Positions 1-14,900 of a DNA stretch of 64,000 nt are shown here, one piece after another. Numbering within the stretch: position 1 is the stretch's first letter; every line of letters begins with the position of its first letter. The position numbers and the translations under genes were made by a program. Source of the DNA: Lingula anatina (Eukaryota > Animalia > Brachiopoda); the NCBI GenBank assembly GCA_051362555.1, contig CM120644.1:6456954-6520953 (forward strand), written 5' to 3'. The notes beneath the pieces were generated by a model. That model saw only the letters and a program-made list of their open reading frames with translations. It did not search any database and had not been told where the DNA came from.

Positions 1-247
1 AGACACGATTTAATTATTATAAAGGGGGTATGGCTAATTTCAATGCTGTAAACATTGAAAAAATGAGAAACAATTTATCTATTTAATGTATAAATTTATT
101 AAGAACTGGCAAACTTCTTGAAATATAAATATTCCTTGTCGGTGCTGAGTACATTTACAGTTTCTGCACAGTGTATGTGTCGCATGACATTTTCCCGCAA
201 AGGAAATCCAACGTTTTAGACACTATCACTGTGTGAAATCAGTTAAG

Positions 248-819
248 TCATATTTTATCTATATAACTAAACGTGAATACTGCACATTCGTTTGTTCCAA
301 CAACAAGTTCCCCATTTCTGTTGACGGCGACGCGCATGGGACGGACTATGTTGTCATGTTTCCTTGTCAGGACGTTACGTATATATTTGCCATCTGAACC
401 AAGGACAAGCACCTTGTGATTACAGCAGTCCGCTATGAATATGTGTCCAAACTTATCTACGCAGACTCCGAATGGCTGACTCAGTCGTCCCTCTTCACTA
501 ACACTCTGACCTCTTGCTCCGTATTGGAATAGGACGTCACCACCGGGTGTCACTGCATACACACAGTGGGCGCTGTTTTCCAAGACTATGACTGCCTTGA
601 TGCCGTGGTGGTATTCACACTGAAGTGCAATACAAGTGCACATTGGGATAGCGATTTTGTTAACAAGATTAAATGATTCCGTATCATACACACAAATGCA
701 CATTGTGCCGCTATCACACACAAATACCTTTCCCTTTCCAAGGACAGGTCGAGCAATGGTTCTGGGGTATTGGCAAGTTGCCCCTTTCCCCAAGGAAAAT
801 TCATTTTGGCGGGTAAACC
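248..819 (-). CDS. Terminal exon of an NHL-repeat (TRIM-NHL-like) beta-propeller protein
   Basis: ORF 248..793 has NHL motifs (LSQPFGVCVDKFGHIFIADCCNHKVLVLGSDGKYIR; IVRPMRVAVNRNGELVVG). The frame stays open to a minus-strand acceptor (ctaactaaacag) at 820-821. No upstream exons were identified. Confidence 0.75.
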
Positions 820-1216
820 CTGTTTAGTTAGCATCAACCAATATCTCCCAGCCTTGAGAAATTCTTCCAAATGACAATGATTAATAACTCTAAAATTTAT
901 GTAAAAAATAAATAAATAAATTAAAAATGACGCTAATTAATAACTAAAATTTACGCAAATATGCGAAAAATCTTTGTAGTGTCTTTTTCGGATTAATCAG
1001 GGCTACTCAGAAAAGCTTATCTTCAGTCTTTTCAATTCATTGTTTTTTAAAGGAAAGGTGATAATGCGTTTGCGACGTGACGTAATTACCATCCTAACGA
1101 CTATTTTGTATCAATACACTATGTTCACATCATCAAGTTGGAAAACAACTAAAATCTGATATTCGTTGCTCACGACACGTTGGCTGTAGTATTGTTTTTA
1201 TTTTAACAATTAAAGA

Positions 1217-1252
<36 letters not shown>

Positions 1253-1808
1253 AGAGAAAGCTAAGTTGGGACACTCTGAAATGTGGAATCAGAATTTTGC
1301 CAAATGGGGTAATGGGTAAGAAATATACCATTTTATGTTTTACCGTGAATGGCACAATGATAAGAAATCACTTTTTATAGCGCTTTTGTTGGTTTTGCTT
1401 TTCTTATTGGCGATGGTGGGATTTTAGTCGATAAAACTAAGATTGGTACCAAACACACGTACACGTGCTGGTTTTTGTTGGGACTTAAAAGAAATGATTG
1501 CACTGAAGTGTCCTTCCTGAATATTTCATGCCGTTATCCGCCCGTAGGAAAGGCAGAGAGTTAAGCCACAATCAATTCTCCACTATGCCATGGAAGATGA
1601 TTTTAATTTTTCACAATCGGGTATATATCCTGTGCAAAAGATATAAATCTGATTTCTTTTGCCGTTGTTTGTTTTTCCTTTGATTCTGTTTTATATCTGC
1701 ATGCTTCGTAAAATTCGAGAAACACTTCTTTAAAAGCAAGGGCATTGTTATTGGAAAGCAACTGTTCCTTAAACACGTGCATAGGCCTACATGTATGTCA
1801 GAAATATG

Positions 1809-2044
1809 CACACACTGGACTATAGAAGTGTTACCCCTACTGAACCAATACTTTGGGGGAGATAAATGACTGTGAAATGATATGCTCCTGGTATCATTTA
1901 ATTAACATCAAATTTCATAAAAGAAACGGTTCTGACTGAACCATTCAACTGTATCGATATTCTGACATTGCTTATACTCCGCCTCTTCAGGTTAATAACT
2001 TTGATTACTCTGATTCAGGGGGTGACACTTCAGTCCAGTGTGTG
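1809..2044. mobile_element. Tc1-derived MITE (internal-deletion derivative of the element at 18683-20214)
   Basis: Termini CACACACTGGAC...GTCCAGTGTGTG followed by TA. Internal sequence matches both ends of the Tc1 element. Absent at the paralogous site (~22670). Confidence 0.8.
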
Positions 2045-2929
2045 TAATTATGTACAAATCAGCACCGTGTGCAAAAGAGGTGATACAGTGCCATGTAAAC
2101 ACAAAAGAAAACATCACACGACAACGCACATTGGCACTCGTGTTGAACATTAATGTTGCCTCGGCACTGAGTAAAGTATAGGCTGTTAATATCTAAGATT
2201 TTCCACCAAGTGCCAACGCAAATTAAAATCAATATTTAGCAGAGGTGCCAATTATCCCCGAGTTTTGTCTCCTCTTCTCACTTCGAGATTCTGTTTTTCT
2301 TCATGTGCGTGTGGGTTGGTGAGTGTGTGTGTGTTTAAGAACAACTGCTACCAAAAATCAATGCTCCGGCTTTCAAAGAGAATGTTTTTAGTATTTATAG
2401 AACGGACTGCAAGGAATAGGAAGCAAAGTAAAAAACGAAATAAAGATGAGTGAAAATAAATGCATTATCTGTTGCCCGCCCTTACTTCGCAGGTTATATT
2501 AAAAGTTAACGTCTCAAGGCGACCCTTTGCTCTACTGACTCGGTTCAAGCTGATTAAAAAGTGAATTGTGGTAGAAAAACCAGATGTTGTATAACGATTT
2601 TAGTAAGTATGGAGAAAGACGTGAAACATTTATTAACGACACTTTCAAAAAAACAATACAAACTTTTTCTTTAATTCAATTGCCAACAACAATAAATAAT
2701 GTATTATTTCCTGACATTTCTGAAATTATTTGCAAGCTCGAAGCAAAGATGTGACATGTGAAAAAAAACCTTGACATTGGGGCTCTCTTTTGTTCTAAAT
2801 CTATTCTTAAAGAAATGCACGCCCTACAGTTAAAATAATGAATTTGTATCTGGACTTAAGCATTTGTACATTGTACAAATGACGCATTCGACAGACCTGT
2901 GTAGTGACTAAAATCGTTGACAATCCGTG

Positions 2930-5900
2930 ATGTGGATTTTCAATTTATTCCTATGGTCCACGGCGTTAGAATTTTGTTTGAAATATGGTGTCACGGCAGC
3001 TACTGTTAATTTATGTGGCGGCCTCTCTCGTGAGATTAAATGTGCCCATTTTCAGCAAGTTTTCGCCAATTATACCGCAACCTTCATATTGGACACGGTT
3101 GAAGCGAACACCAAGTTGGAATGTACCAGGAAATGTGAAGAAACAGGCAGGTGCGCTGCAGTTGTATTCAAGAAGCATGATCACACATGCGATATGCTAC
3201 CTGAACCACAAAACGCCTCGCAGTTTTCTTCTAATTCCCCGACTGGGATATGGTTGACCAATGTCAGAGACATCTCCGTAAGTATTTTCCCCTTTTTATG
3301 TTATCCTAAAAACTATAAATCAGACGCACATCAGAGGATCCGGCGGGTAGGTGCCGGCCTATAGCCCTCAACTTCCAGTCCCGCACTTCCCGCCTCCTAA
3401 ATAAGTAAAGACCAACAAAGCAGAGCAATGAAAAAAAAAGAAAAAAAAAAAAAAAAAAAAAAAAAACATCATACGTAAAATGACAAGTAATTCCGAATTA
3501 TCTTCTCATTGTGTATTGTCTTCTCCTAGTGTCAACGTCCCTCTGTCAAAGTGCAATGCACCACCAGTGCACCGCGTGGTGACATTTCTTTTAAATAAGC
3601 AGGACCAAAGGAATATAATTTATTACCACTGGAAATCCGATCAATTGAGTCTACCAAATATTAAAAAAGATAATTGAAGACATGCCTATTCAGGATTTAT
3701 TTTGGATGAATCGACTTTAAAATTGTTTTACAAATTTTATAGAAATTTCATTGTTGCACTGTAAGAAATAAGGCTGCTCTACCTATAATCTTTTTTTGTG
3801 TGCAAATAAGGCTGTTATTTATCTAGAATTGATTATATTTTCTTTAAAAAAAAACAACATATTTTAGTTATGTACTGTAAGTGCTTTTAGGCGAGAATCC
3901 TTATGTTTTATCTAGAATACTTTTAATTTTTTTTTGTCTTTAAGCTCCGTAATATTTCATTTATCTATTCCTAATAGTTGATTTCTTAAGTAATTGTTTT
4001 ATGTATATGTAAAGTCTTCTGAACATGTTATAATGGATTTTAGACTCATAATAAATATATTATTTATTATTTATTTACTATTAACTCAGCTCACACACTA
4101 GTCTCAGTTGCTTATTTGCAAGTATAGAAAATAGTACAGATGATGTGTATCCAGCGATGGATATGTTCTAAAATAGTTTCGAAAAGAAGGATCTCGATGG
4201 TCTATAAGGAGATGTGAGAAAAACATTTAGTGGGGCGTTCTTTTGTTCCGTTTGCACATTTGCAAATGCAAATGATATTGCGATTTATCCGTTGTTTATT
4301 ACCTAACGAGTATCGTAATGTTTTTTTTTTCTTATTTTCATATAAACACCTTCCTTTTGTCCCTTTATTCTTTGGCTAAATGCTTCTTTCAATGTTCTCT
4401 GTAATTACACGAGCAAAATATTAACCGGCATGATCAACGAGTTGAGTAATTTATAGAAGATAGAACAGATTATATTAAGGAGAACCGTTTAAAGCGCACC
4501 AGGTCCATATGGCCTGGTAAACTACCATCACCATTACTTAAATATGTTAAGCAGTCCAAAGATCGCAGTTATGTCGGAATTTTACCCTTTTTCCCCTAGG
4601 AACGCATTTTTAGTTTTATCAAATAAAAGAAAAGTGTTATTTTATATTGTCCCATTTTTTCACTTTCCAATACTTGACTTATTCATATTCTCGCTAGCGT
4701 CCGCCATCTTACCAAAGTCGAATTGCAACAATGTCCATTCGGATTTAATTTCAAATTTAGAAGGATTCGTAATTTCACAAAAAATTAGATACGTGTATGT
4801 ACATCCTTAAAATAAGTATTTTATATTACAAAAAAACAACAAAAACAAAAAAAAACAAAAAAACAAACAAAAAAAAAAAAAAAAAAAAAAAAAAAAACAC
4901 GAAGAAGTCATCTACAAGCTGTAAATGGCTCATGATTACCCTCCTCTTTTCAGACGAGGGATGTGTTTGAAGAAGTTTGTTCTACTGTGCAGTGCAGCGC
5001 GGGCTCTCGATGTCGTGTTGATTGTGACACAGGAGAACCGATCTGCGTAGGTTTGTACAACATTTTAAGGCACACTTCAACGATTCGAAACACGTGTAAC
5101 AGAGTTTTTGTAGTCCCAAAAGTAGTATAGACATTCAGAAAAAAAATAAAATAAAATAACAGTTTCAGTCTATATTATGACTCAAGATTTATTCGTGGAG
5201 ATTCAATTAATGCGATATTATTATTTTTTTTTTAGAAAAAGAGTTTCAGGAAAACACTTACTTCACCCAAGCGTAGTATTTTGTACTTATTTTTAAATAA
5301 AGTAGATTAATATTTGGCCTTTCCTACCTAATTCGGACCCCGGGTAATTCTTATACCACTCTTGGTACATGTATATATATTCCCAGAATAATTTAAGCAA
5401 AACTACTCCATCATAGGTTGTCGCTTAATTGGCTTATTCGATTTGGCTCTCGGACATCATGGAGCTTTTTTCAAATGGATCGTATATAGGCGTGTAGGAA
5501 TATTAATACTGTTAGTACATATTTATACTATCAGTTCTTATTTTACCTTAATGTATATGTACGGTAAATGTAAAAAGGAAGGGACCATTGCAATAGAATT
5601 GTATGTCCTCCTAAGAATTATTAATTATAATTAAAATGTATGCATAGGACACCAAAAGAAAATTTTAAAAGAAGTTGGTACCTAAGATAAGAAAAAAAAG
5701 GATTACATAGAAGACATACAAAATTAAGTGACACTTAGAGTGATATTCCATACCCCTGTAGACTGAATACACTGAAATACCACGTGTAATGTCCGCAACA
5801 CAGGGACTGACTGATTAAGCCCCCTTTACACTAGACGGCGTCATTTCTGCATCTCGTAGTACGGTCCTGTTTGAGAGTAAAAAAAAACTTTACGTACTGA

Positions 5901-8900
5901 CAGCTGGCTGATCACTGAGCATTCATTATGCAACCAAAGTGATGCTTGTGCCTCCTTTGTACGACCACAGCGATGCCAGTTTCATGGTCGCAAAAACGAC
6001 GCAGGAAGGCCGCTGTCCAGTGTACAAGTGTAAAGGGGGTTTTACGGCTGCCCTGTGGAGACAAATTAATCAGAAATTAAACTTCATTTACAACTAAACT
6101 GACGAGAGTCACTTTACCTTGCTGAAGTTAACATGTATTATGTTCTAGGGAGTTCAGCGTATTGTGATGAGATGCCGGTTTCCAATATCGCCTACATTCC
6201 GTGGGCTGGTACTTTGTCTGGTGTGGAGAAAAGCGGGCCAGTAAGTAAACATATACACACTTTTACCACAAAGGGAAGACCACATTTTTAACAACCAAGG
6301 AAAATAAATGAGGTTCGTGGGGAAGGTAACTTTAATATTTACCATGTATTTACCTTCAATTAATAACGAGAACGTTTGATAAATAAATTGGGGAAAATGT
6401 AAATGTTGCAGATAATGTACTTTTTTACTTCAAAAAATTATTTAAGTCCCCGTCACACCTATTCGGAATCAACAGGAATCAAGCAGAACAAGCCGGAAGA
6501 ATTTTCAAAATTCGTACTACGTTCGGCACGAAATTTTAAATTGATCTAAATTCTTGTATGAATGCCTTCGGAATACTATTATAGTGAGTAATGACAACAG
6601 CGATCTAGAGCTTTAAAACTTTTATTCACCGACTCTCTTTTCATGCAACTTCACAAATGTTTATACCTAATTTCTCCGTACTGATCACACCCTTACTTGT
6701 TTTCTTTTCCATTGTCTTTGCGTGATTACAAAGTATTTTCCATTCGCATGTTGCAAGTCACCATGCGACATTTCCTTATTAGGTTATCCCTAAGAGACTT
6801 GTTTTCAATTAAAGATATCTAAAATATTATTTGGATTACTCATGCTTGGACCTTATCCAAAACTCAGTTATCATGTGGTATACAATTATCAAAATTAAAA
6901 TATGTTATGAAATTAACCAATCACATAAACTGTTACTGACTTTGACCTTTTCCATCTTTTTCGGACACTAAAAACATGTTCAACACTTGTTGAAACTTAA
7001 CTTACACTCAATAACTCTCTATCCTTTTACTCTTTTGATTTCGCTCTAGTTGTTATCTGTAATAAGCGAAAACGTAAGTCATTAACTTTACAACAATAGT
7101 TAGAGTGCGCTTAAATCCGCTTGGAATGATTAGTGCACATTTCGGCTGTATTTATTCTTAAATGCAGCTCGAATGTAGTTGGAAAACTAGGAATAGGTAG
7201 GGGGGGTCCTCAGATAACCTTTTTCCCAAAAACCATGTCAAAACCACCTAAAAAGATGCTTATACATCTTAAAAAAATCAGACTCTATTATCAGAGCTGC
7301 TACTTGGGTTTAAGTATTTTAGAGAAAAATCGGTAAAAATGATTAAACTCTGTATTTTGTACGATATGATGGTTTTTCATATCAATGTTTATGCTTATAT
7401 TTTAACACAAATTTCATTTTGCCTAACAATTCTGACATAAAGAGGGACTAAATGCATATAGAAACCAAACTGAATGTTCTAACACCTCAATAACGATTCA
7501 TTAAATACGTTCAAAAAGACAAGAATTCAATAAGAATTCAATTCACTAAGAATTCAATGCTTTTTGGAAGTCAGTTAGCGTTATGGTGGATCTTTCTTTC
7601 TTTTTTCCCAACAACTTTTTCAAGTTCATTCCAAACTGTTCTGGAGTTAACATCCTTATCTTCCCTCCATCAGTATTGAATGTCCTGAAGACAGGACTAC
7701 ATTTTGGCAGTGATAATGATGTGTCTCTGGCGTATGTGACTTCGTCCCTCATCCTTTGCGTATTTTCCTTACTACTATCTTTGATTGCTTGAAGCTCTGC
7801 TTGATCCTGCTTCCAATTTAGTTTGATCTCGTCCATTACTTTAACTACAGGGCCCATTTTTAGTATTCAGTAGAAACAGTTTTCCTTAATTTGCTAGTTT
7901 CTTTTAGCACAGTCCCTCGAGCCACAGCCTTTAGTTTGGTTTCTTTCTCAATCTTTGATCCGTGTCACCACAACTACCGTTCCATTTGAAGGTTGTGGAC
8001 AGGGGTCTCATCTATGTTTTCACATTGATGAAACACAGGATATTCAACTGGATAGTCACCAAATCCATAGTATTTTCCTCGTTGCATAGCCAGAACTTAT
8101 TCCATTTCTTGCAATATCTTCTTTGTCAAAGCTATGCACTCATTCAGATGTGCACTAGCACATCGTTTCACACTCTCAACTACATGTAGGCCATAGTTAT
8201 CTTTCACTTCCTGGAATAGTTCTTGGTTGAAACAGGAAAACTCAGGAACATCTAGCTGAAAGAAATTTTCATTTACCTCATTTCTGCTCAGCTCTAGATG
8301 TAATGATTGAAATGTTTCTTTCAATTTGCTGTGTGTTGCACCCTTGGATATTGTTATGGCATTAAATGGTGTAACTAACTGAATGCCAATGATTGCTACA
8401 ACAGCAGCAACTATTCTGATATATTCCAAAGCCAAAGCATCTCTTACAAGACAAGCTAGTTTGTTGGTTATGCACTCATGCTCTTCTAAGAAATCACAAA
8501 AGTCATTCCAATGATAGCACTTACTTGCACAAGATTTTGACAAGGCTCTAAATCTAGCATCTTTAAGATGGAACAGATTTACTTCTTTACCTTGGTCTTT
8601 TAGAGTGAGACAGAAATCTTTGTAGTAATTCCAAGGCTTTTGGATATTGTCAGGACCAAACAAATTCAGACACCATGACACCGCACATGCAGTCATTGAA
8701 ACTGACTCTTTTTTCTGATCGATATCAACATCCAGTAAAAAGGTAATGAAAATGTTTTCAATTCCCATTTTCTCTACTATATCATGTATTTGTTTGTTCA
8801 TTCCTCTATCGAATCCTAGGGCAGTGTGTGTGTCACAGAATATTTGGCCTGCTTTCTCAGCTCTATTGAACTCAGCTGCCAGTATCTCAGATATGCCTTT

Positions 8901-11900
8901 GTTGTGTGCGGTTGAATCTGTCATGTGGACATCTACGGTAGCGTACAAGTCCTCTGCACTGTGACCCGATGCTGTTTCCAACAGTTAAAGTCTGTCATAA
9001 TAGAGTCAGCAACATTTCTGGTTGTTTCAGATGCAACAGGTAAGGTTGGTAGAGGTACATACCCATCCTTATTTATGTTAAGCCCTGCTGGGGCAAATGA
9101 TCCTACATATGTTCGTGTGGTAGAATCAGTTTCATGTGTGACAGTTGCTCCAGCATCTTTTGCCTCCATCACTTTATCACCAACAAGTTTTAGACTGTAT
9201 GCTTCTATGTTCTTGAGTTGTCTTCTTACATTCTTTTCGGTTGGTAAAGTGTCACAGTCAAAGACACTTTCATAAGTTTCATCTTTTTTCTTAGCTTCTG
9301 AAGGTAAATTCCACTTAGTGCCAAATAGGACATTTCCTACTGTTACTGTGGCCAGTTGAGCTTCCCTATAGGAAAAGCCTAAACCATCCAATTCTGCCAT
9401 AGCCCAATACACTTCATCTCTTACAGTCCTCTCAGAATGTCTAATATGGCGCATTTCTTCAGGTAATTCCTTATTTCCAGTAGAATCTACTTCACTACAG
9501 TCCATCTCTGACCTTCTTGCATTGGGTTTACTTACGACAATATCATCTGTCTCTATGTATCTTGCTCTCTTTCTAACAGTCACTGGTGGTTTAGTTCCCA
9601 TATCACTGGCACTGGCACTGGCACAGTCAAAGTCTCAGAACACTGGAAACTGGTGTCATCATCAGTATCTGTACTACTAGTATTCACACTAATGTTCAAT
9701 GATGACACTGTCATTGAAGCTTCAGTCTGGGATTTTACGTATTTTTCTTTTCGAGATTTCTGCCTTTCAGCCTCTTTGTGCCATTTGGCATCAACTTTTC
9801 CCTCACATCTCCCTTTGTGATCCCCTCGCATGGACTCAAGATAGTCAAAATCCTCCTGAAGCATGGGCACAGAATATTTTTCTTCCAATTTTTCTCTTTG
9901 GACCTTGTTTTCACAAAAGACATCAAACAGATTGTTTTTCAGTGTGGAAAACTTTTCATATCGCTTCTGTCCTCTCTTAGATTTATCAGTTCTAGTTATA
10001 GTGCGGAATTCATCAATCTGCTTGGTCAACTTTTTCTTGATTCCAGGAATAGTGATAGGATACCCAATGTTCATAGAGTATAGAAGATACTTCTGCAATA
10101 GCACTCTCAAAGGAATAGCCTTCCACAGAGTATTTTCTGACAAGTCCAACTACCTCCTTATAAGTTGGCAGCTTCTCTTTCTCGAATTTATTAATTAAAG
10201 GATATATGTCCAACCCCTGATTAACTACGAAGAGACTTAATGCAACCACTGGTTCTACTGCTAGATAGTAGATGCCATCATTGTTCAGCTAGTTATTCAG
10301 TAATACAGTATAGATAAAATATAATGAAATCATGAGAAATCTAAAAGAAACAATTCTTCAAAACTATGAATAATGAATGGCCATGATGTTGTTATTGATA
10401 TAAGGTGTCAGTGCCGTCATGATTTTGAGTATTAAGCTACCTTTCAAATAATCTTTTTTACGCAAATTTATTGAAACCAAATAAAAAGCCCATCTATTGG
10501 ACTTTAGTGAGTTTGAAATAACTTACAGGCCTATATAACTTTCATCCATTTCGTAGGAAGACAGACCCTAAGCAGTGTGAAAAATCTTGAAAATCGCGCT
10601 GAAATGCTAAAAATCGCGTAATCATAAAATGCAAGTAGCAGCTGAGTTATCAATGATCTTTCAAAAAAAAAAAAAAAAAAAAAAAAGAAAGAAAAAACAT
10701 TTAAAACATTGTTCTTAAGTGAGTAAGGAACTTTTTAGCTGGTTGTGACATATTTTTGGAATTATGGACCCCCCCCCCAGGAATAGGCCTATCGATAATG
10801 CTGTCAGAATGCAGTCAGAATATTTAGAATACACTTCGAATGCCGTACGAGTGTAGTTCGATGGCTGGCTGAAATAGTATTTTGTGATTCATACGAGTTG
10901 CATTTCGACTCTTTCTAGCTATCTTGTTATATCGGTTCTCGCTCGAACGCGATCGGTATGTTTCGAATGTTGTCGCAATGCCCTTATAATATTTAGAATG
11001 CTGTCACAATGGTATTCGATAATTTTCCTCTTGGAATTCAAAAGTGTTTAACATGAGCAAAACATTCGGGCCGGCCACACGAATGGGTAAAAATATTTGG
11101 AATGTACTCGGAATTTTTAGAATGCTCTTTGAATATCCAGGAACGCACAAAGAATCTTCTTTCCGACTGCATTCTTTCTCGTTCCGCCTCTAGTGTGACA
11201 GGGGGTATTACATTAGAACATTCCTTTTTGTAGCACCAAAACTGAAAAGCATGTTGTCTAAAATAGCTCTATCCTATACATAAAACGCAATTCAAATGCT
11301 TCACAGAAATACATTATAATGATTGTAAAATATTGATAGTAACATTGATAGTTTTAGCCACTGAAAATATAGAGTCATTATCTTTATTGCAGTCTTTCAC
11401 TTACAACAAACTGCAGCACAGCACCGGACTGAGAATCGAATTTGGCGGAATAATACGAGCCGCACTTAAATGCAAGGGTTGTGGGTCTCTGTTCTACTTT
11501 CATATTAACGGAGCTCATTGTGCGAGCCCTGGGTCCATCATGTTTTTCGAACATCACGATACAAGTCGACACAGATTGGAACATGGCTCGCGTAAGTGTA
11601 CCGTACGCAGTAGTTTTGGTTTATTTTGGCATATACAGCAAATCGTAATGTACAATAAAAATGCACACAAACGTACACAGAGCTTATAACATCATTTCCC
11701 AATATATATCTGCAGATTCCAATACACTTATTATATATTTAATTTTTTTGTGGTTGCAAAGTGGTTGCACAGTGGTTGCATAGAAATTTGAGAGGGCCAT
11801 CTATAACCCCCCCCCCCCACACACACACACACACACACGCGCGCGCACACACCCGCCCTTTTTTGTGATATTTTTTATGTTTACGCCCCTTAACCTGTCC

Positions 11901-14900
11901 TGACATTGGCAAACCTCGATTAAACAAATCCGGTTAGGAGAAGCTTTACACACACCCAAAGAAGCTTCGACAGCCACCATATCCAAAATATAGCTCCTAC
12001 ATTGCCTAAACAATTGTCCCTAGCCCATCGCCGGTAACACTAACAATGTCGACTCCAAATCGTACTCATTAATTATATCAGCAATCGAAGGATTAAAACA
12101 ATATGCTGGATGTTTGATACTACCTGGTCTACCTAAACTATATTTGACATGCATCTGTTTCTAGTGTCCGGGATCTGTTGGAACGTTCCTGCAGGCATTG
12201 TCACCATTCAAACCAATGTCAAGAACACAAGTGGGAACGGAACAGGAAGTATGGGTGGGGTATACCATTACTTAAAATTCGAGGAAATAGAAGCCAACCC
12301 TGGGCAATGTGAGTATAATTATTATCATAAATTCTGACAAACCGATTGACTGTTTGGATCCCTGGTTATACAGACTTGACATTTAATATGGAATATATCA
12401 GTTTCGAAGGTATGCCTAGGTAAAAATGCGTTTTTAAAAAAACTCCGATCTCATATAAGATTTGTGAATGCAGACGTGTGAAGTCAGGTGTGTCGCTACC
12501 AATTAACTGACTTTCATGTCTTTTGCGCTACTACATTATGTAATATGCAGTGATTTAATTGGGTAGTGTTCCTTTGGGCTGGTCAAAACTTGGCTTAGGA
12601 TAAGCTTGGTTCTGTCAAAAAAGTATCCATATGTCGGCAACTACTGCATAGAAGAATTTAAATTTTGCATGCAAGCCGTCAGTTTTGCAGTGGGTAAAAT
12701 GAGCTAAGTAGTGCATTACAAATTTGTTATTCTGTGGCAGAATGGCGCGAAAAAGACAGTCATTACCAGACAGATTATAGCGCCAAACGGAACGGTAATG
12801 CCCAGACTGATGTACCTACACAGAGGTCACCCCCCAGGTATCGAAATTCTACCTACAGGGTACAGGACCTACTGTCTTTCGGGATACGCTGCTGCAACTA
12901 AACAAAAACCACCCAGTCCGTTCAGAACAAGGGGTAAATTGCCACCAAAATGCGTTTTAGCAGGTTAGAATACCAAAAGACCTCCGAGGCACCCACTGTA
13001 AACAGCAAAACATCGTGGTCTGTTTCTCTAATGAATTGGGGGCCATGACCGTTTCTAGGTAGAACACTGAAACCGCGTGGCTTTCTTTCACCTGTACCGC
13101 CCAATTAGACAAAACAGACGGCTGTTTCACAATCAGGGTGAACAATTAAATGTGGTTAATGTTACAAGTGTCTGATAAATTAACAATTTATGATTGGAGA
13201 TTGCTGATAGACCAATATTAAAGACACTGTTCATAGGAGCAAAATAAAAAACAGAATTATAATAATCGGATTACAATTTACAAAATACAGCCAATTATGT
13301 GTTCAAAAAGTACCTATTTTTAGCGGTTACGGTGGGTCATTTGCAATTTACGTCATAAAGATGATGCACTAGCTCTTTATGTCAATGATTTATGGTGAAT
13401 ATGATATTGGTATATAATTTCCACAACATGTGTCTTCTCTTCTAGCAGGTTCTTCCAAAGATATGTTCTGAGAAAAAAATATATTTTAACCATTTTGCTG
13501 AAACGGGCTTTGATACACATTTTACTTATTTTTGTTAATGCAATGAAAAACATATTTAATAGGGCCAAATATTACTTTGAAATCACCTACGTGATAATAA
13601 GATGAATTTACCATGTTATGACTTAAACATAATGAAGGAGTTGTGCATATGTAACTATAATTGATAATGCTATCGTATTTATAATCATGAGCCCCTTGGT
13701 GTCTCCTACTTTTTGTAGTGTCCGTACCCTCCCCCCTCTATCTGTTTTATTTAGGAATCACAGCATATTCTGTCTGATTATTATTCTATAAACGTCTATA
13801 CTGACATTTATTTTGCAGGAAGAAAATAGCACATAACCCCATATTATGAAAAGATATACAAGAATTTGGTGCCAAATTTAGTGTCCGTACCCCTACTGTA
13901 GTGTCCGTACCCCCAAGTTATACATTAACCATTGGATAACTGGCTAATTATCAATGATGATAAGATAAATAAGCCATCAAACATGTCCTACTGCTAAACA
14001 CATCCAGGCTAAAAGGGTGTACCATGCTTAGGTGCAAAACATGCTTAGGAGCTAAATGCGTTGAAAAAATCAGACAAAGCAGGCACTTGGATGTTTTTAC
14101 AGTGTACGTTATACTTGTGTACCTGTGTTTTGTACTAAGAATAAAAACATTTCAGGTCATTTTAATGTCTTTTTATGCAAGAATGTTGTCTAACAACTAG
14201 GGTTGATACAATGTTGTTATCTGACGTTGATACAACGTTGTTATCTGAGGTTGAGTCAACTTTCAAATCCAATGTTAATCCAACGTATTATCAACGTTAT
14301 GGTTCAACGTTGTTTCAACGTTAAAACGACATAATTTGCCCGCTGGGTACTTGTATCCTTTTGGTGAAAGTACTGCTGTTATATATTTATTTTGATATTT
14401 TTTAGAATGTTGGCAAAAATAACTGGTATACAATATGATATTTCAGTAACAAAGCATCAGTCACTTGAATGTGTAGTGTCCGTACCCCCAGATCATAGCC
14501 TAAGGGGCGTTCTATTAATTTGAGCGCAGCACAAAAAGTAATTAATATTATGATCTAAAAATTGTGGATGTCATAGTTAAGATGTTACTCTTTTTATCTG
14601 TTACAAAATTAAGCAAATGCATCAGAGTTCATTTTTCTCTCAATGTGACCCCTATTTTGTACCCCTGATTGTGAAACAGCCAAGAGTTTACAGACATCCA
14701 AAAAAGGCCTACGACGAAGCATGTGTCGGGTCTAAAGTGACAAGGGTCATTGACAGCGTCAATATTTGGAGTGGATACCACATTGGTGCCAAAGACACAA
14801 ATGGTAGTCAACGATGAAAACCTGAACCAGATCAAATAAAGGAATAATCTCGGAACCACTTGACTATCATTCGATAGGGGGCACCTTAGGAACAATTTTA

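Larger units (their letters stand above)
6446..11207. mobile_element. Harbinger-type MITE (CCCCGTCACAC TIR) expanded by two nested insertions
   Basis: TIR gtccccgtcacac ... gtgtgacagggggta with TAA/TTA flanks. The uninterrupted paralog at 26261-26947 is ~690 bp. Confidence 0.7.

Noticed and set aside
586-870. 94-aa ORF as the N-terminus of the NHL protein
   Set aside because: Different frame; a branch point and acceptor at ~820 explain the NHL exon start better.
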